Source: Ascoidea asiatica JCM 7603 (lineage: Eukaryota; Fungi; Ascomycota). Taken from it: a stretch of 38,718 bases of DNA. How positions within the stretch are numbered: position 1 is the first letter of the stretch; each line of letters starts with the position of its first letter. The notes under the pieces are model-generated. The model saw only the letters and a program-made list of their open reading frames with translations. It did not search any database and was not told the DNA's origin. The translations under genes and the position numbers were made by a program. The stretch lies in assembly GCA_001600695.1 (NCBI GenBank), contig BCKQ01000011.1, forward strand, positions 595,070 to 633,787. The letters are read 5' to 3'. This document shows, one piece after another, positions 25,501 to 36,299 of this stretch.

Positions 25501-26922
25501 ATTGCCTACAAATATCTCATAACCTACGTTTTAATTTATTTAGTTGACACAATGATGAAGAACTAATTCCACCTAAGTTTGCCTTTTTAAATTCTTATTA
25601 AAAATTGTTTTGAAAAGTTTTTCAACTTGTTAATGTTTATTTTATGTAATAAAAGTTTTCAATAACTTTTTTTATCTTTGTTTATTTTATCTATTTTAAA
25701 CTTATATAAATATATTAGATTTTGACTTTTATTTATTTTAGTTTATATAGTTTTGAATTTTCAAGCTTTACATTTACTATTTTACACATAGTAGCACATA
25801 AGATTTATTATTATGCTATTTAACCTGATATCCAATAACCCGAAAAATAGCGTAGCTCACACTAGTTAAATTTTTCAGTATGTTCCAAGAATTATAGCAT
25901 TATTTGATAAGAGTAGTGCTAAATGGCTTTCATGTATTCTTCTAATTCAGGGATTTGAGCCTTGCCTCTTCAACTCACAATAAAATAGTAGAGTCTTAAT
26001 CTATTCGGGGAAAACATGTGCAGTTAGCTTCACATGTATATTTTTGAAAATGATGGCTAGTTTCGGAATTATATTTCCGGCGCCCTTGAAAGAAATGTAC
26101 GCTTGTACAGAGATAGGCATAGATCTTTCAATTTAAGGGATGCCGTAAAATCAGAGTATCACTTGCAAATGGGGTTAGCAAAAGCAAACGCTTTGAAAAA
26201 CTGATCTATTATTGGGGAAAAGAAGTTGTTCCGTCGAACATGATTTCTAGAAAGGATAATCCCCAATTGAACTCCAATACGCGGAAAGTGGATATTTGGC
26301 TAATCTGTGGTGATTACTTTGAAAAAAAGCAACTTTTTTGAAAGACTACAAGTGAGTACCTTTCAAAATCAGCTTACCAAATTTTGAAGAAAAGCGTATT
26401 TTTGTTGATAATAACTTTGTAAATAATTAGGTATAATGGTATATTCTGAGTTACCTTATTTTTGATAGTTTTTAAATTTGTCAAAATCATCTTAATACGG
26501 CGGGATAGAGGGCTGTTTAAGACACGTGTGGCTGTGTTGGAGCTTTAAAACCAGATATTTTCTCATTACTTTTTGATTGTTATGTGGTTTTGACAACACT
26601 TGGATGATGACGTCACGATATAATATCCCTCCGTTAAGTTATCGTTTTCCTAATAGGTAGTCCCCAATAAGTCCTGAGAGACTTGTAAAATGGTATCTCA
26701 GTTCAAAATACAAAAAGAAGTAGAAAAATTGATTAGCTATGACAAGATCTGCTAAGGAAACATGTAAAAAGGTAAAACAGTATTGACACTTAAATATAGA
26801 AAAACGAAATACTCTTAATCAATTCTTTTATATAGTAAACTTCTCTTGGATACTGCGCATGCCGAAAGAATAAGTTTTGAAAAATATAAAACATACCGCA
26901 AAATAAGTACCCTTTATAATGA

Positions 26923-27984
26923 TTAGGCAGAGTGAGTAAATGAAAGGATATTTATATTAGTTACTAGAACCTTCCCGCTTAATAAAAACAGTAAGTTAAG
27001 ATTCTTAAGAGCTGGAACACATGACTCTAACGAAGTCAAAAAATAAAAATATGTATCAAGTAAATCAGATATTTTGAGCCGTGTTAGGTTTTTACCAATG
27101 GAGGTAAGAGTAAAGGAGAAATTAGTATGAACTAAACGAGTAATATTGTTGGGTAATTGTGCCACTTACGGGCGGCCTTAGAAGGGCCATCATAATAATA
27201 TGTAGGATAGGACCTATTAGTATTGTTAGTATTATTCAGAATACCTTGGACTTGTACTTTCACACTAATCAGTGTAGTATATACGTATAATTTCCTTTTG
27301 AATGTTAACAAAACGGAGTTAATAGTTGTGCTAGCTGATTTAAATCTTGTTGCTTTAACAATTTCGAACCATAAACTTATTGATCAACCAGTATGTGAAG
27401 GTGTCATAACTACACCAGTAGTTGATTTTGGAGTTTTGTTAGTTCTACCGTCAAAGCGAAATAAACAGTTATCATATTCGTCGTAGTTTCATGTGGAGAA
27501 GGATGGGTTGATTGAATATTCAGTAGTTATTTTGATATGATAAGGCTGTTGGTGTTAACGATAGGATGCTGCTTGTAAGCATTTACAAAGTTCTACGAGG
27601 AAATTCATCAACTTATTGAAAAACGGTTCATTGAATTGTTCGTTGCTAATGCGGACAGCTGTTAATCCTTTCATAAAGTTCCGTATTTATTTGAGGTAAT
27701 TGAAGGGCTTATTGTTTTGTTGGTCTTTTCCATAAGCAAGCGTATAAATAGTACTTAAAACTTGAAATGCATACTTGGCACGAATGGTTATCTTGGAGAT
27801 TATTCTTTTCAATTTCAAATCATCTTTGTTAAGCTAGTTAAGATATCGGGATTGTGCCATTTTTGAAAACTTCAAGCAGTTTAATCATACTACTTTCTGA
27901 AGCATCACTTAAATGATTGTTATAATATCCATTGAAACCAAAAACTGTTGACCATTAAAATTATTCCTTTTTTTTTATTTCCAT
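26923..27984 (-). pseudogene. Decayed ORF with a possible integrase-type zinc-binding remnant
   Basis: Long partly open frames. VLSTIYTLAYG followed after a frameshift by LPQINTELYERINSCPH*QR resembles the HHCC domain; no catalytic core follows. Confidence 0.3.
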
Positions 27985-28639
27985 AATCTCTATATAAAAA
28001 TTTATATTAAACCATTGAGACATCAAGCTCTATTAATATTAATTTGCAAAATCAACAAGAAATATATCTCAAAGACATTGGTAACTATTTGCTATACGTA
28101 AATAGAACTGCCGGATACTCGGGAGCCCAAAAACCAAGGAGGATATCGATTTCTACGTGATATCTTTGGAGTTCAAAATACATATTTAAACTCAATATAG
28201 AAGGTTGGATTCAGCACATAAAATCTCAGAGAACTTTGAAACTAGAATTCAGTTGATCGAAGCTGCAAAGAATTTTCCGTTCACTTGGTGCAATCGGCCT
28301 TCCGCATAGGAAAGAAACTTGTGAGAGCTAATCAGTAACTAATACCCCCAGTCAAGGCCCGTGACATCGACTTTTTTGCCAAGAACGGTTAAACCTACCA
28401 AAACATCAGGTACTCTACATCCTCATATTAAAGTCTTATATCAAATTAAGAACCACCAACTGCTTCGTATATTCAGTAACTGTAACATGAAACCGGCCGT
28501 GTCGGCTGAATCTCCTTCCCAATAACGCGAGTATTCCGCAATGATGTTCCGATTTTCCGGACTAACTTTTCCATTAGCCAATATAGACCATCCCAGTGGT
28601 TCTAGCCAATGCCATGAAACATTGAAGTCGAGAATACGT

Positions 28640-30544
28640 TGTGAGACTCACATAGATCCTACTAACCCACTACGATACTTATTAACACCATGTGGGTGCG
28701 TGTTACTCAATATCAGGTTGAAAAGCTTAAGATTAAAAATTTAAAGTACCAACAAAATGTAACCAGCAAATGGGGCGGGGTGATCCACATATTACATTTC
28801 TTTTTTAATTGTCCATTACTATATTGTTTTATAAAATGTTTTAATTGTTTATTAAATTTAATTTTTTGAATCGCTTAATTTTTTTGAAAATTTGAAATAA
28901 CAAAAAAGAAATATAATAGTATTTATATATATTTTGAGGGCAGAAATACTTGAAAAAATAATTGATAACATTGTGGTAAAAGTAGGTACAAAGATAATTG
29001 GTGAAATTGTGAAATGTAAAATTGTAAAATAATTGTTAAAATTGTACTAGTTAAATTGTTGTTGAAACATAAAAAAAAGATAAAAATAAGAAATAATATG
29101 ATTTTGTTGAATGTACAGCAGAATCGTAATTACAATAGAAAAATTATGAAAATTCATTGGTATTTAATGTAACATTTTAATACGCTGCATTAATTAAAGG
29201 AAATCCAATTTTTTTATTTTTAATTTTATTTGGATAAAAGATTTCTATTGCAGTTGAAATTTCTTGATTTGGATTAATAAATTGTTTTGTGGCGATACGA
29301 TAAAACATCTTCTTTTGAAATTTAGGATAATAAATATTTTTCTTCATATTGAAAGTAAATGCTGGCATCGGAGTACCATTTTGACGTTCAAAACATAATT
29401 ATAATGATCGACTTTAAAGTTAAAATAATTTTCTTTGAAAAGATTAATGAAAGTTTTAATTCTTTCTTTATTATTCGTTTCGGTTCTAAATTGGTTTAAT
29501 CTTTTTTGATCTAAAATTGATTAAAGTTTTGAATAAATAATATATTTTGAAATGAAAATAGAAAACATTTCAAAATAGTTTGTATTTGTAAAAGAATACT
29601 TTCCTTATCTAGAAGATTGATCAATATGAATAAGAAAACAAACGTTAAAGAAACATTATTAAATGACATTTTATTTATTTTTTGATAATAATTTTTTAGT
29701 TTAATAGGTTGAGCTTTAATTTGTTTTGAAAATGCTTGTGATAAATGATTATAATTTTTTTAAATTAAATGATATTGAGATACAAAAATAAATAATCCAA
29801 GTGCATTGTTGTAAAATTTGATGATAAATTTACTACTAAAAGACACATCTAAAATTTGTAATTCCATACAGATAATAATACCACTAGCTAGAGAAACTTT
29901 TAATGTTTTATTCTTCTATAGATATTCGGAATAATTTAAAATTTTATTATCCTGTTCAAGAATTTTAAATATAATTGATGAATTTGAGGAAATAAAATAT
30001 TGTGGTTGTGGAATTGATGTAAATGGTGCTTGATTACTGGTTCGATAGTTTTCTGAGTCTGATTGAGACAATTATGAATCATTAATATGAATAAATGTGC
30101 GCATATTGAAAATTATAAGTTAATTTGATTGAATAATATAGAATGATGAATAAAGTAGAATTGGAAATATGTCAAATTCAGCTATATGTATATGGACTAA
30201 ATTATTGACAAATTGAAAGAAAATGTGACTTATGAGACCAAATTACTGAATATCGCTAATAGTGGTTGTTTCTGTCCGAAGCTTTAATTGTTGGATTTTC
30301 ACACTGACAAGATCACACAACGGCATACATATTGACTTTGAAGTGATATGAATTAACAATAACATATGAAATTGAAAACAACGTTTACGCGCAGGAGGTG
30401 CATAATCCTGGAGTGGATATGAAAAAATAAAAAAAGCTAAATTATAGGCTAGCAGGGAACATCGCAATTGAAACCCTGATCCGATTAATCAGAGATGGCA
30501 CTGAGCGATTTGTATTTAATTTTAATCGAAATCGGTTCCTTACA
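28640..30544 (-). mobile_element. 1905-bp LTR-like TG...CA element without TSD (long form, with cargo gene)
   Basis: Termini TGTGAGACTCA...GGTTCCTTACA match those of 7130-7935. Shared anchors: CCTACTnACCCAnTACGATA, GGGGTGATCCA, AGTATTTATATA, AATTGTTGGATTT, AACATATGAAnTTGAAAA, ATAGGCTAG, AATTGAAACC. Flanks TACGT / GCCTC. Confidence 0.85.
29177..30104 (-). pseudogene. Cargo ORF (~310 codons, disrupted), unidentified family
   Basis: ATG at 30104; frames stitched across a few stops and frameshifts end in ORF 29177-29368. Blocks IPQPQYFISSNSSIIFKILE, TLKVSLASG and NG...KKMFYRIATK align with the 71-1050 product. Confidence 0.62.
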
Positions 30545-32079
30545 GCCTCAATTGGGCCCATATTACAAGTAGTAACTGGTATGGAGGCCATTCGTATTCA
30601 GTAGGAAGGCTCATGCCATAGTGGCGAATACTTGTTCAACATACGAAACTGTAGGCTACTACAACGCGACGACTGATGACCATTTCTTGAACTTCACCGA
30701 ATACTTTGGCGACACAGTATCAGGAGGAGTTTTCCGTTGCTGTGGGCATAGGCACAAGGCCTTATGCCGAAGGTTTGAACAACCAAGTTGTAGGCCAAAC
30801 GCATTGGACCAGGCCGGTTGTAGCAGAGTAATATCAAGTCATGTGGTATTACCTAGAAACCAGGCAACGAGAACCATAGATTTCATATCATAGAGAAAGA
30901 TCCAGCCAAATATTCTATATTTTTTCGGTAATAGTGCAAAATGTTTTTCGTATTTCTGAGAAGTCTTGTAATTGCTATAGTGTTTGAAAACAAGAAGGGA
31001 TATTCGGTTATTTTACTTCAAAATGTCAAGAAGGTGTTCTAGCCCAGTGTTAACGACAGTCAAAACAGAGTTGGTTGTGAAGGCGGTTTTTGGATAGCCT
31101 TTCATCATAGTTCGTGCAAAAGATTCTTTAAACAGTTGTAAGTAATCCTCCTCAAATGAAAGGGGTGGAAGTGTGTTCATTAATTTTTAAATTTTTCTGT
31201 CGACGTGGGTTACTTTACTTGATTTTTCGGTGATTGTTATTTTCTTGAAATTATTGCTGTCTGAATCAATGTTTGCTTCATTGTTATCATTTATGGTTGC
31301 TCTATCCTCGCGTCCGTATAGTTCGATGAATAGCATCAATTCTTTTCCTACAGATTTGATTTGTTGCTTAGTAGGACTTTTATCTTGAATTGTTGTTACT
31401 TTCATTTTTTTTTGCCTTACTATATTTTTTATTTCTTGTATTATTTTGATTACTATCTTTAATTTCGGTTTTCAAGGATTATATCTTTTGTCGGTATTTT
31501 ACGCTGGAGTTAAAGATTCTCCTTCGGAAATTTCTGCATCTAGGCTTTTTTGACTTGGGAGTTTGGTGATGTAACTTCATCCTTTTCAGATCTTTCTTCA
31601 ACTTTCAGGGAGGTCTTCTTTTCATGAATAAGATAATGTTTTTAAGCTGTATATTGTTTGTTATATATTTGGTATGATTTGTTGTCGGTCTGAATCACTA
31701 TTGATCATTTTTTATTTGATTCTATACTCTTGGTTGATGCTTTGCTCTTATTGTACTATTATATTGTACTATTATACGCTCATTTGGAGTTATTTATATT
31801 ACATTTGTGTGTGTAACGAATGTTGTATGGACAGATGCACGTGTGAAATTTTCTTTTGGGCAGTAACTGGAAGTTTCCTGACTATGGTACGTGTGAGATG
31901 TTATTAGGGCTCCTTTTATCACTGTCCCAGGGTTGTGGAGACTTACAACTCATAACCGTGATTCATATGGTTTAAATATGTAAAAAAAACCGGACGTAGA
32001 TTCTACAACAGTAGAAATGGTGTGTTCAAGTACGTGGGATTCCAAATATACGATCGTATAGCATTAATATAGGTAACAA

Positions 32080-32500
32080 ATTTCAAAACAATACAGTACG
32101 TTGCACAGTTGGTACAAAGTATTCCGGGTAAATAGAAAACACTGAACAGTTGCTTTTACTAATTTAGTAGCCAAGTTGCAAAAGGCAACTGACATGACGA
32201 AACTGATTAGTTGCATCCCTATTTTATGTGTGAGCTCCAAACCATATGCGAGGTTTTATGTCATTCTTACACTTGAGACGCCTTCTGTTTAAAACATTTA
32301 CATGGAATACGCACAGTTCGGAGATTGAAGGAACATATTGAGATATACCTTGAAATATTTTTTAGCTATATTCTATTTTATTTGTTAGATCATTGAGTTC
32401 TCTCAAGCATATGGACGCCAAATAAATGGGGCGTGTCATTTTTATGACGAGAACACTATTGGTCAATCAAACTTCCTCATTATATAGTAACCCTGGAAGT
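32080..32500 (+). pseudogene. Possible protein-kinase pseudogene fragment
   Basis: IYMEYAQFGD*RNIL (hinge-like), preceded by LHPYF, LVAK and LVQSIPGK, and followed by SLKHMD...YDEN, in kinase subdomain order but across several frameshifts. Confidence 0.35.
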
Positions 32501-33139
32501 AGGTGGTTTAATTTTCCAGAACTTGTCGATTTTACAGTCAGCACGTTACTTTGTTTACGGTACACCAGAGTTTGTTAAAACGAAAAAGAGTCACATTTAC
32601 TTACTGTTTTAAAATTTCCTGACGTACCGTAAAAAGGCGAGGAGTTTCTGGCAACTTTTTAAAAAAGTTAGAAAATGATATCCAAAATTGGACATGCTTA
32701 AATCTTTTTCCCTAACCACGATTCGAACCAACCAGATCTTCTATTCAACAGACACCATTCCAGAGGCACTCCACTCCGTTTCCGAGCCCCCGAAATATCC
32801 TGCTCAAGAAATTTCAGAAGAATCAAAAAACAAAAAAGCTTATAACAGAATCTCGAACGATACCCACAGGCCTGCTGCTTATACTTTCCTTTAGAATTAT
32901 GACCCGATTAATGAAATAGGCAGCATAACAGCAAAACTAAAAAATCCCAAGAGAGTCAAACCACACTGACATTAGCACAATATTGGTCCAAATACAATTG
33001 ATATAAATGCCAACTCGGAGGTCAAAAAACATATTTTATAAATTGAACAGATCCAATTCCTACAAATACCACCTCAGAAATTAACCTGGTATTTGCAAAT
33101 TTAACCACCATCAATCCAACTTTTAGAACTGGCACGTCT

Positions 33140-33560
33140 GAATTTGTAGTTTGATTTATTTTATTTCTGGTTTTTGTTAACAGTTTCCTAGATTGTAACT
33201 AAGAGTTTGATTTTTCATTGAATATTCCTGTAGATTTAGAAGCAAATTTTGATTTGTCGCATGAGTTTGCTTCGAGTATTGATTTGACTGTAGATTTGGC
33301 CTATATCCGGATATTGAATTGGATTTTGACTAACATTTTGATTTAGATGGAGAGTTATAGTAACAGTTTGATTATGAGTTAGATTTGATGTATATTTTGA
33401 TTTTCTGTTAGATTTTGACTAAGAGTTTGATTTCGCGTCAGAGATGCATGTAGATTTAGATGAAGATTTTGACTCATATTGTGATTGGGATGTGGCGTTT
33501 CACTAGGAGTTTGATTTGGATTTGGATTGTCAGTAAAGTTTTAATTTGGACTAATAAAAT
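33140..33560 (-). repeat. Degenerate low-complexity repeat (SKSN/SKST-coding units) with an internal ~220-bp-period duplication
   Basis: Recurrent TTTGATTT / GTAGATTT units. ACTAAGAGTTTGATTT...TGTAGATTTAGA occurs at ~33198 and ~33418. Confidence 0.7.
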
Positions 33561-33746
33561 GGGTAGATGTTGAGTTATTTATTGATTTTTCCATTTCTTC
33601 CTTTTCTTTCCTTAAGATATTGTTTTACGTCTGCTAGAAATTTATATTCTGTCTTCAATTGATAAACCTGTTATTTAAGGGATTCTAACTCAAAATTTAA
33701 ATTGAGTATATTTTTGTTGAGTATCTGTTTTTTATCAATTTTTTTT

Positions 33747-35548
33747 TTATTTTAATTGTATTGCTACACCTGACGAAATATTTTGACTGCCCATGGTTTT
33801 CAAAACTAAATCCAAACTTCCTTCTGGTACCTTTGAATCCCATTTTGCAACCTGCCAATTTGAGGACTCTACCATAGATACCAAGAATTGATTTTTAGCT
33901 TCCATTGTCGACGCATAAAAGTTAAACCCATCTATTAAAATTTTGACTTCCTTGATTGGGACCACAGAACCAACATTAAGCTCTTTGAAAACTGTTTTTA
34001 GGTCCTCAGAAATGTTTTTTTACTGGCGATTTCAAATATAACATACTGTATTTATTAGGATCGCCAGTACATTCATTTACTCGTTTTTGGATAAGAATTT
34101 TTATTTGATTTAATGTCATATCTATAAACTTATAACAAGAGTAAAGTAAGTTAGTATTCTTTGTATTTTTTATGCTAGATAAAATATCCACTATATTGCC
34201 CTTATCGATAAACTTAAAAATATACTTATCGTTGCTTATCTGAATGCTGTTTTCAAAATTTTGATTCAATTCACCATTTCTTATTAATCTCAGCACGTAG
34301 TGTAATAGATAAGGATTTGTATCACTGACAGTATTTACTTTGAGATGTTTTTTTATTAGACCAGGAGTAACTGTCAAATTTTAAATCTGATTTTTCTATT
34401 CATATTGTCTCTCTATTTAGTGGCAAATATCCACACTTTTTTAAAGACTTCAAAATGGATGAATTGATTTTTGATCTGGTAACATTAAGCAAATTTAGAA
34501 ATGGCATTTTTTTGTCAGAAGCTGCGGATGAGTTATAATTTTCTGCCACCTTACCCCCTCATGCCTTTAGAATATGGAAGTAATTAGCGTCGAGTGGTTG
34601 CAAGAAACCGGAGTTATGAGCTGGTAATAGTAGCAAGATTATATTTTTGGACGGAGCAAGCGCAATAATGGAAATTGTAATAGGGCTTGTATCTCCCTCA
34701 AATAAAAGGAAAATGTAATCAAAATCTTGCAAACCTCTCTTTTTAGCTGTTTTAAGAAAATGCACAAACTATTGCACATATATATTGGTTCTGATAAATC
34801 CTGTTGTTGTTTTATGTATTTTCCACCCCAAACACGATAAAAATAACTTTACATCATTTTGAATTCTCATATTTCTTGAGTTATTTTCGAATATAATGTG
34901 GGGAGCAACCTGCAAGCCATCAAGGGCAATCGCTTCTATAACAGTTGTAATGGATCCTTGAGGTATAGCGGCAGATAACGATATATTGGGCCGGGATAAT
35001 TTATGGTTATTATCCACTTTATTTCCGCACTCGTTAACATTATAGAGGTTTTCAGTCTTTATATTAAATTCACCAATAATGCCATTAAAGGTAGAATAAA
35101 ATGAAGTAATCTGGTGTTCATTGATTGCTCGAAATCTGTAATTTCCCATAGCGAATGACTGTCATACCCTTTTGAACTGCTTATTATTTTTATTCAAGAT
35201 ATTAATAAACTGTTTTTCTTTTATTTTCGATGTCCACCCTTGCGTCTTCCAAAGACATTTAACTAACGCCATTGTATCGGATACTGTTAATCACTTATTG
35301 AAATTGTCAAAACAGTTTATAACATCCATCAAATAGTGTGCTTGATGGTCCTTTATTTTCTTTTGACTATTGGCTTTATCTATAATTGTCGGGGCGTCAG
35401 GAAATTTTAATTTTTTCAAAGATGTGTAGGTACTTAACCCATATTTATTGATAACCTCTACTTGTTTTTGTTTGTTACGATAGGGTACTGGTTGACCGTA
35501 TTCAGCTATAGGTTTTTTGTAATTAGTTTCACGTTCCTCCAAGTTCAT
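33747..35548 (-). pseudogene. Pogo/Fot1-type (DDE_1) transposase, decayed
   Basis: NLYNVNECG (cf. NMDETG), TVIEAIALDGLQVAPHIIF, FLLFEGDTS (cf. LDGHSSH) and LLPAHNSGFLQPLD, spread over ORFs 35291-35623, 34769-35149 and 34559-34765. TIRs not found. Confidence 0.92.
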
Positions 35549-35956
35549 GATTAAATTTTGTAATTTAATTTTATTGTAATTGAAGTAGTTCTTTATTATG
35601 AAACAATTTTGTTTGCTAAACAATAATTGATTTATCTTTTTCTAAATATTCACGAATTAGGTGAATGTCTGATACAATTGAAATTGTAGTTGGGAGGGTT
35701 TTTGAAAAGTTATTAGTTATTTTAGGAATAGCTATTTATAGTTCAAAGCTCTAGAAATTCAACTACCTGACGCGTCTACGAGTACTTATTGAATAAAATA
35801 ATATTACGTGTTTAGCCCTTCAGTTTTTGATTTTATTCATTTTTTTCTGCAACACGTGACTGATTTTTCCTCCATTCACGACGAATTCTGAAAGCCCAAA
35901 ACACTCTATTCACGATGGAACGTATGGTAGCTAAATAAACTCAAATGGGCTACCTT

Positions 35957-36190
35957 TGTAAGATGTTTTAAAGAACAGTGTGTATTTAATATTGTTTGTT
36001 AGTTACTGTATTGTGATTACGTTGTGTTAGATACTGTAAAGTAATAACCAATATTGTACATTGTATGTGAAGTGTAGAGAGAAAAAGATATAAAAAGATA
36101 ATAAAACAGAGTAAAGAAATATAGGTTTATATATGTGAAATACACAAGCTCACCAGGGCAATCTTGTAGCAACCCAGAGGTTATTCAACA
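35957..36190 (-). repeat. Probable lone LTR, Copia-like
   Basis: TGTTGAATAA...CTTACA on the minus strand, 234 bp, with TATATAAA followed by a pyrimidine-rich tract. Flanks ACCTT / AGGGA do not match, and there is no second copy in the window. Confidence 0.5.
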
Positions 36191-36299
36191 AGGGACGAGG
36201 CAATAATATGCCGCCCTAAAACCCGTAGCAATGATACAAAACCATAAGCTGTAAGACAGTTCCTTCCAACCTTTGAACGTAAGCCACATTTTACAAATG

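Larger units (their letters stand above)
28150..31625 (-). pseudogene. Unidentified decayed gene interrupted by the 28640-30544 element
   Basis: Partly open frames from ATG 31625 through 31187-31405 to 30545; similar, higher GC on both sides of the insertion; an open frame runs across the empty site (CNMGPIEA|RILDFNVSWHW). Confidence 0.4.

Noticed and set aside
24530-26460. Partly open frames at ~24620-25130 (-) and ~25870-26460 (+)
   Set aside because: Possibly decayed coding DNA, but no motif I can identify and no supportable boundaries.
32553-32640. TACGGTA / TACCGTA as Pogo TIRs
   Set aside because: No complementary end found upstream of the transposase.
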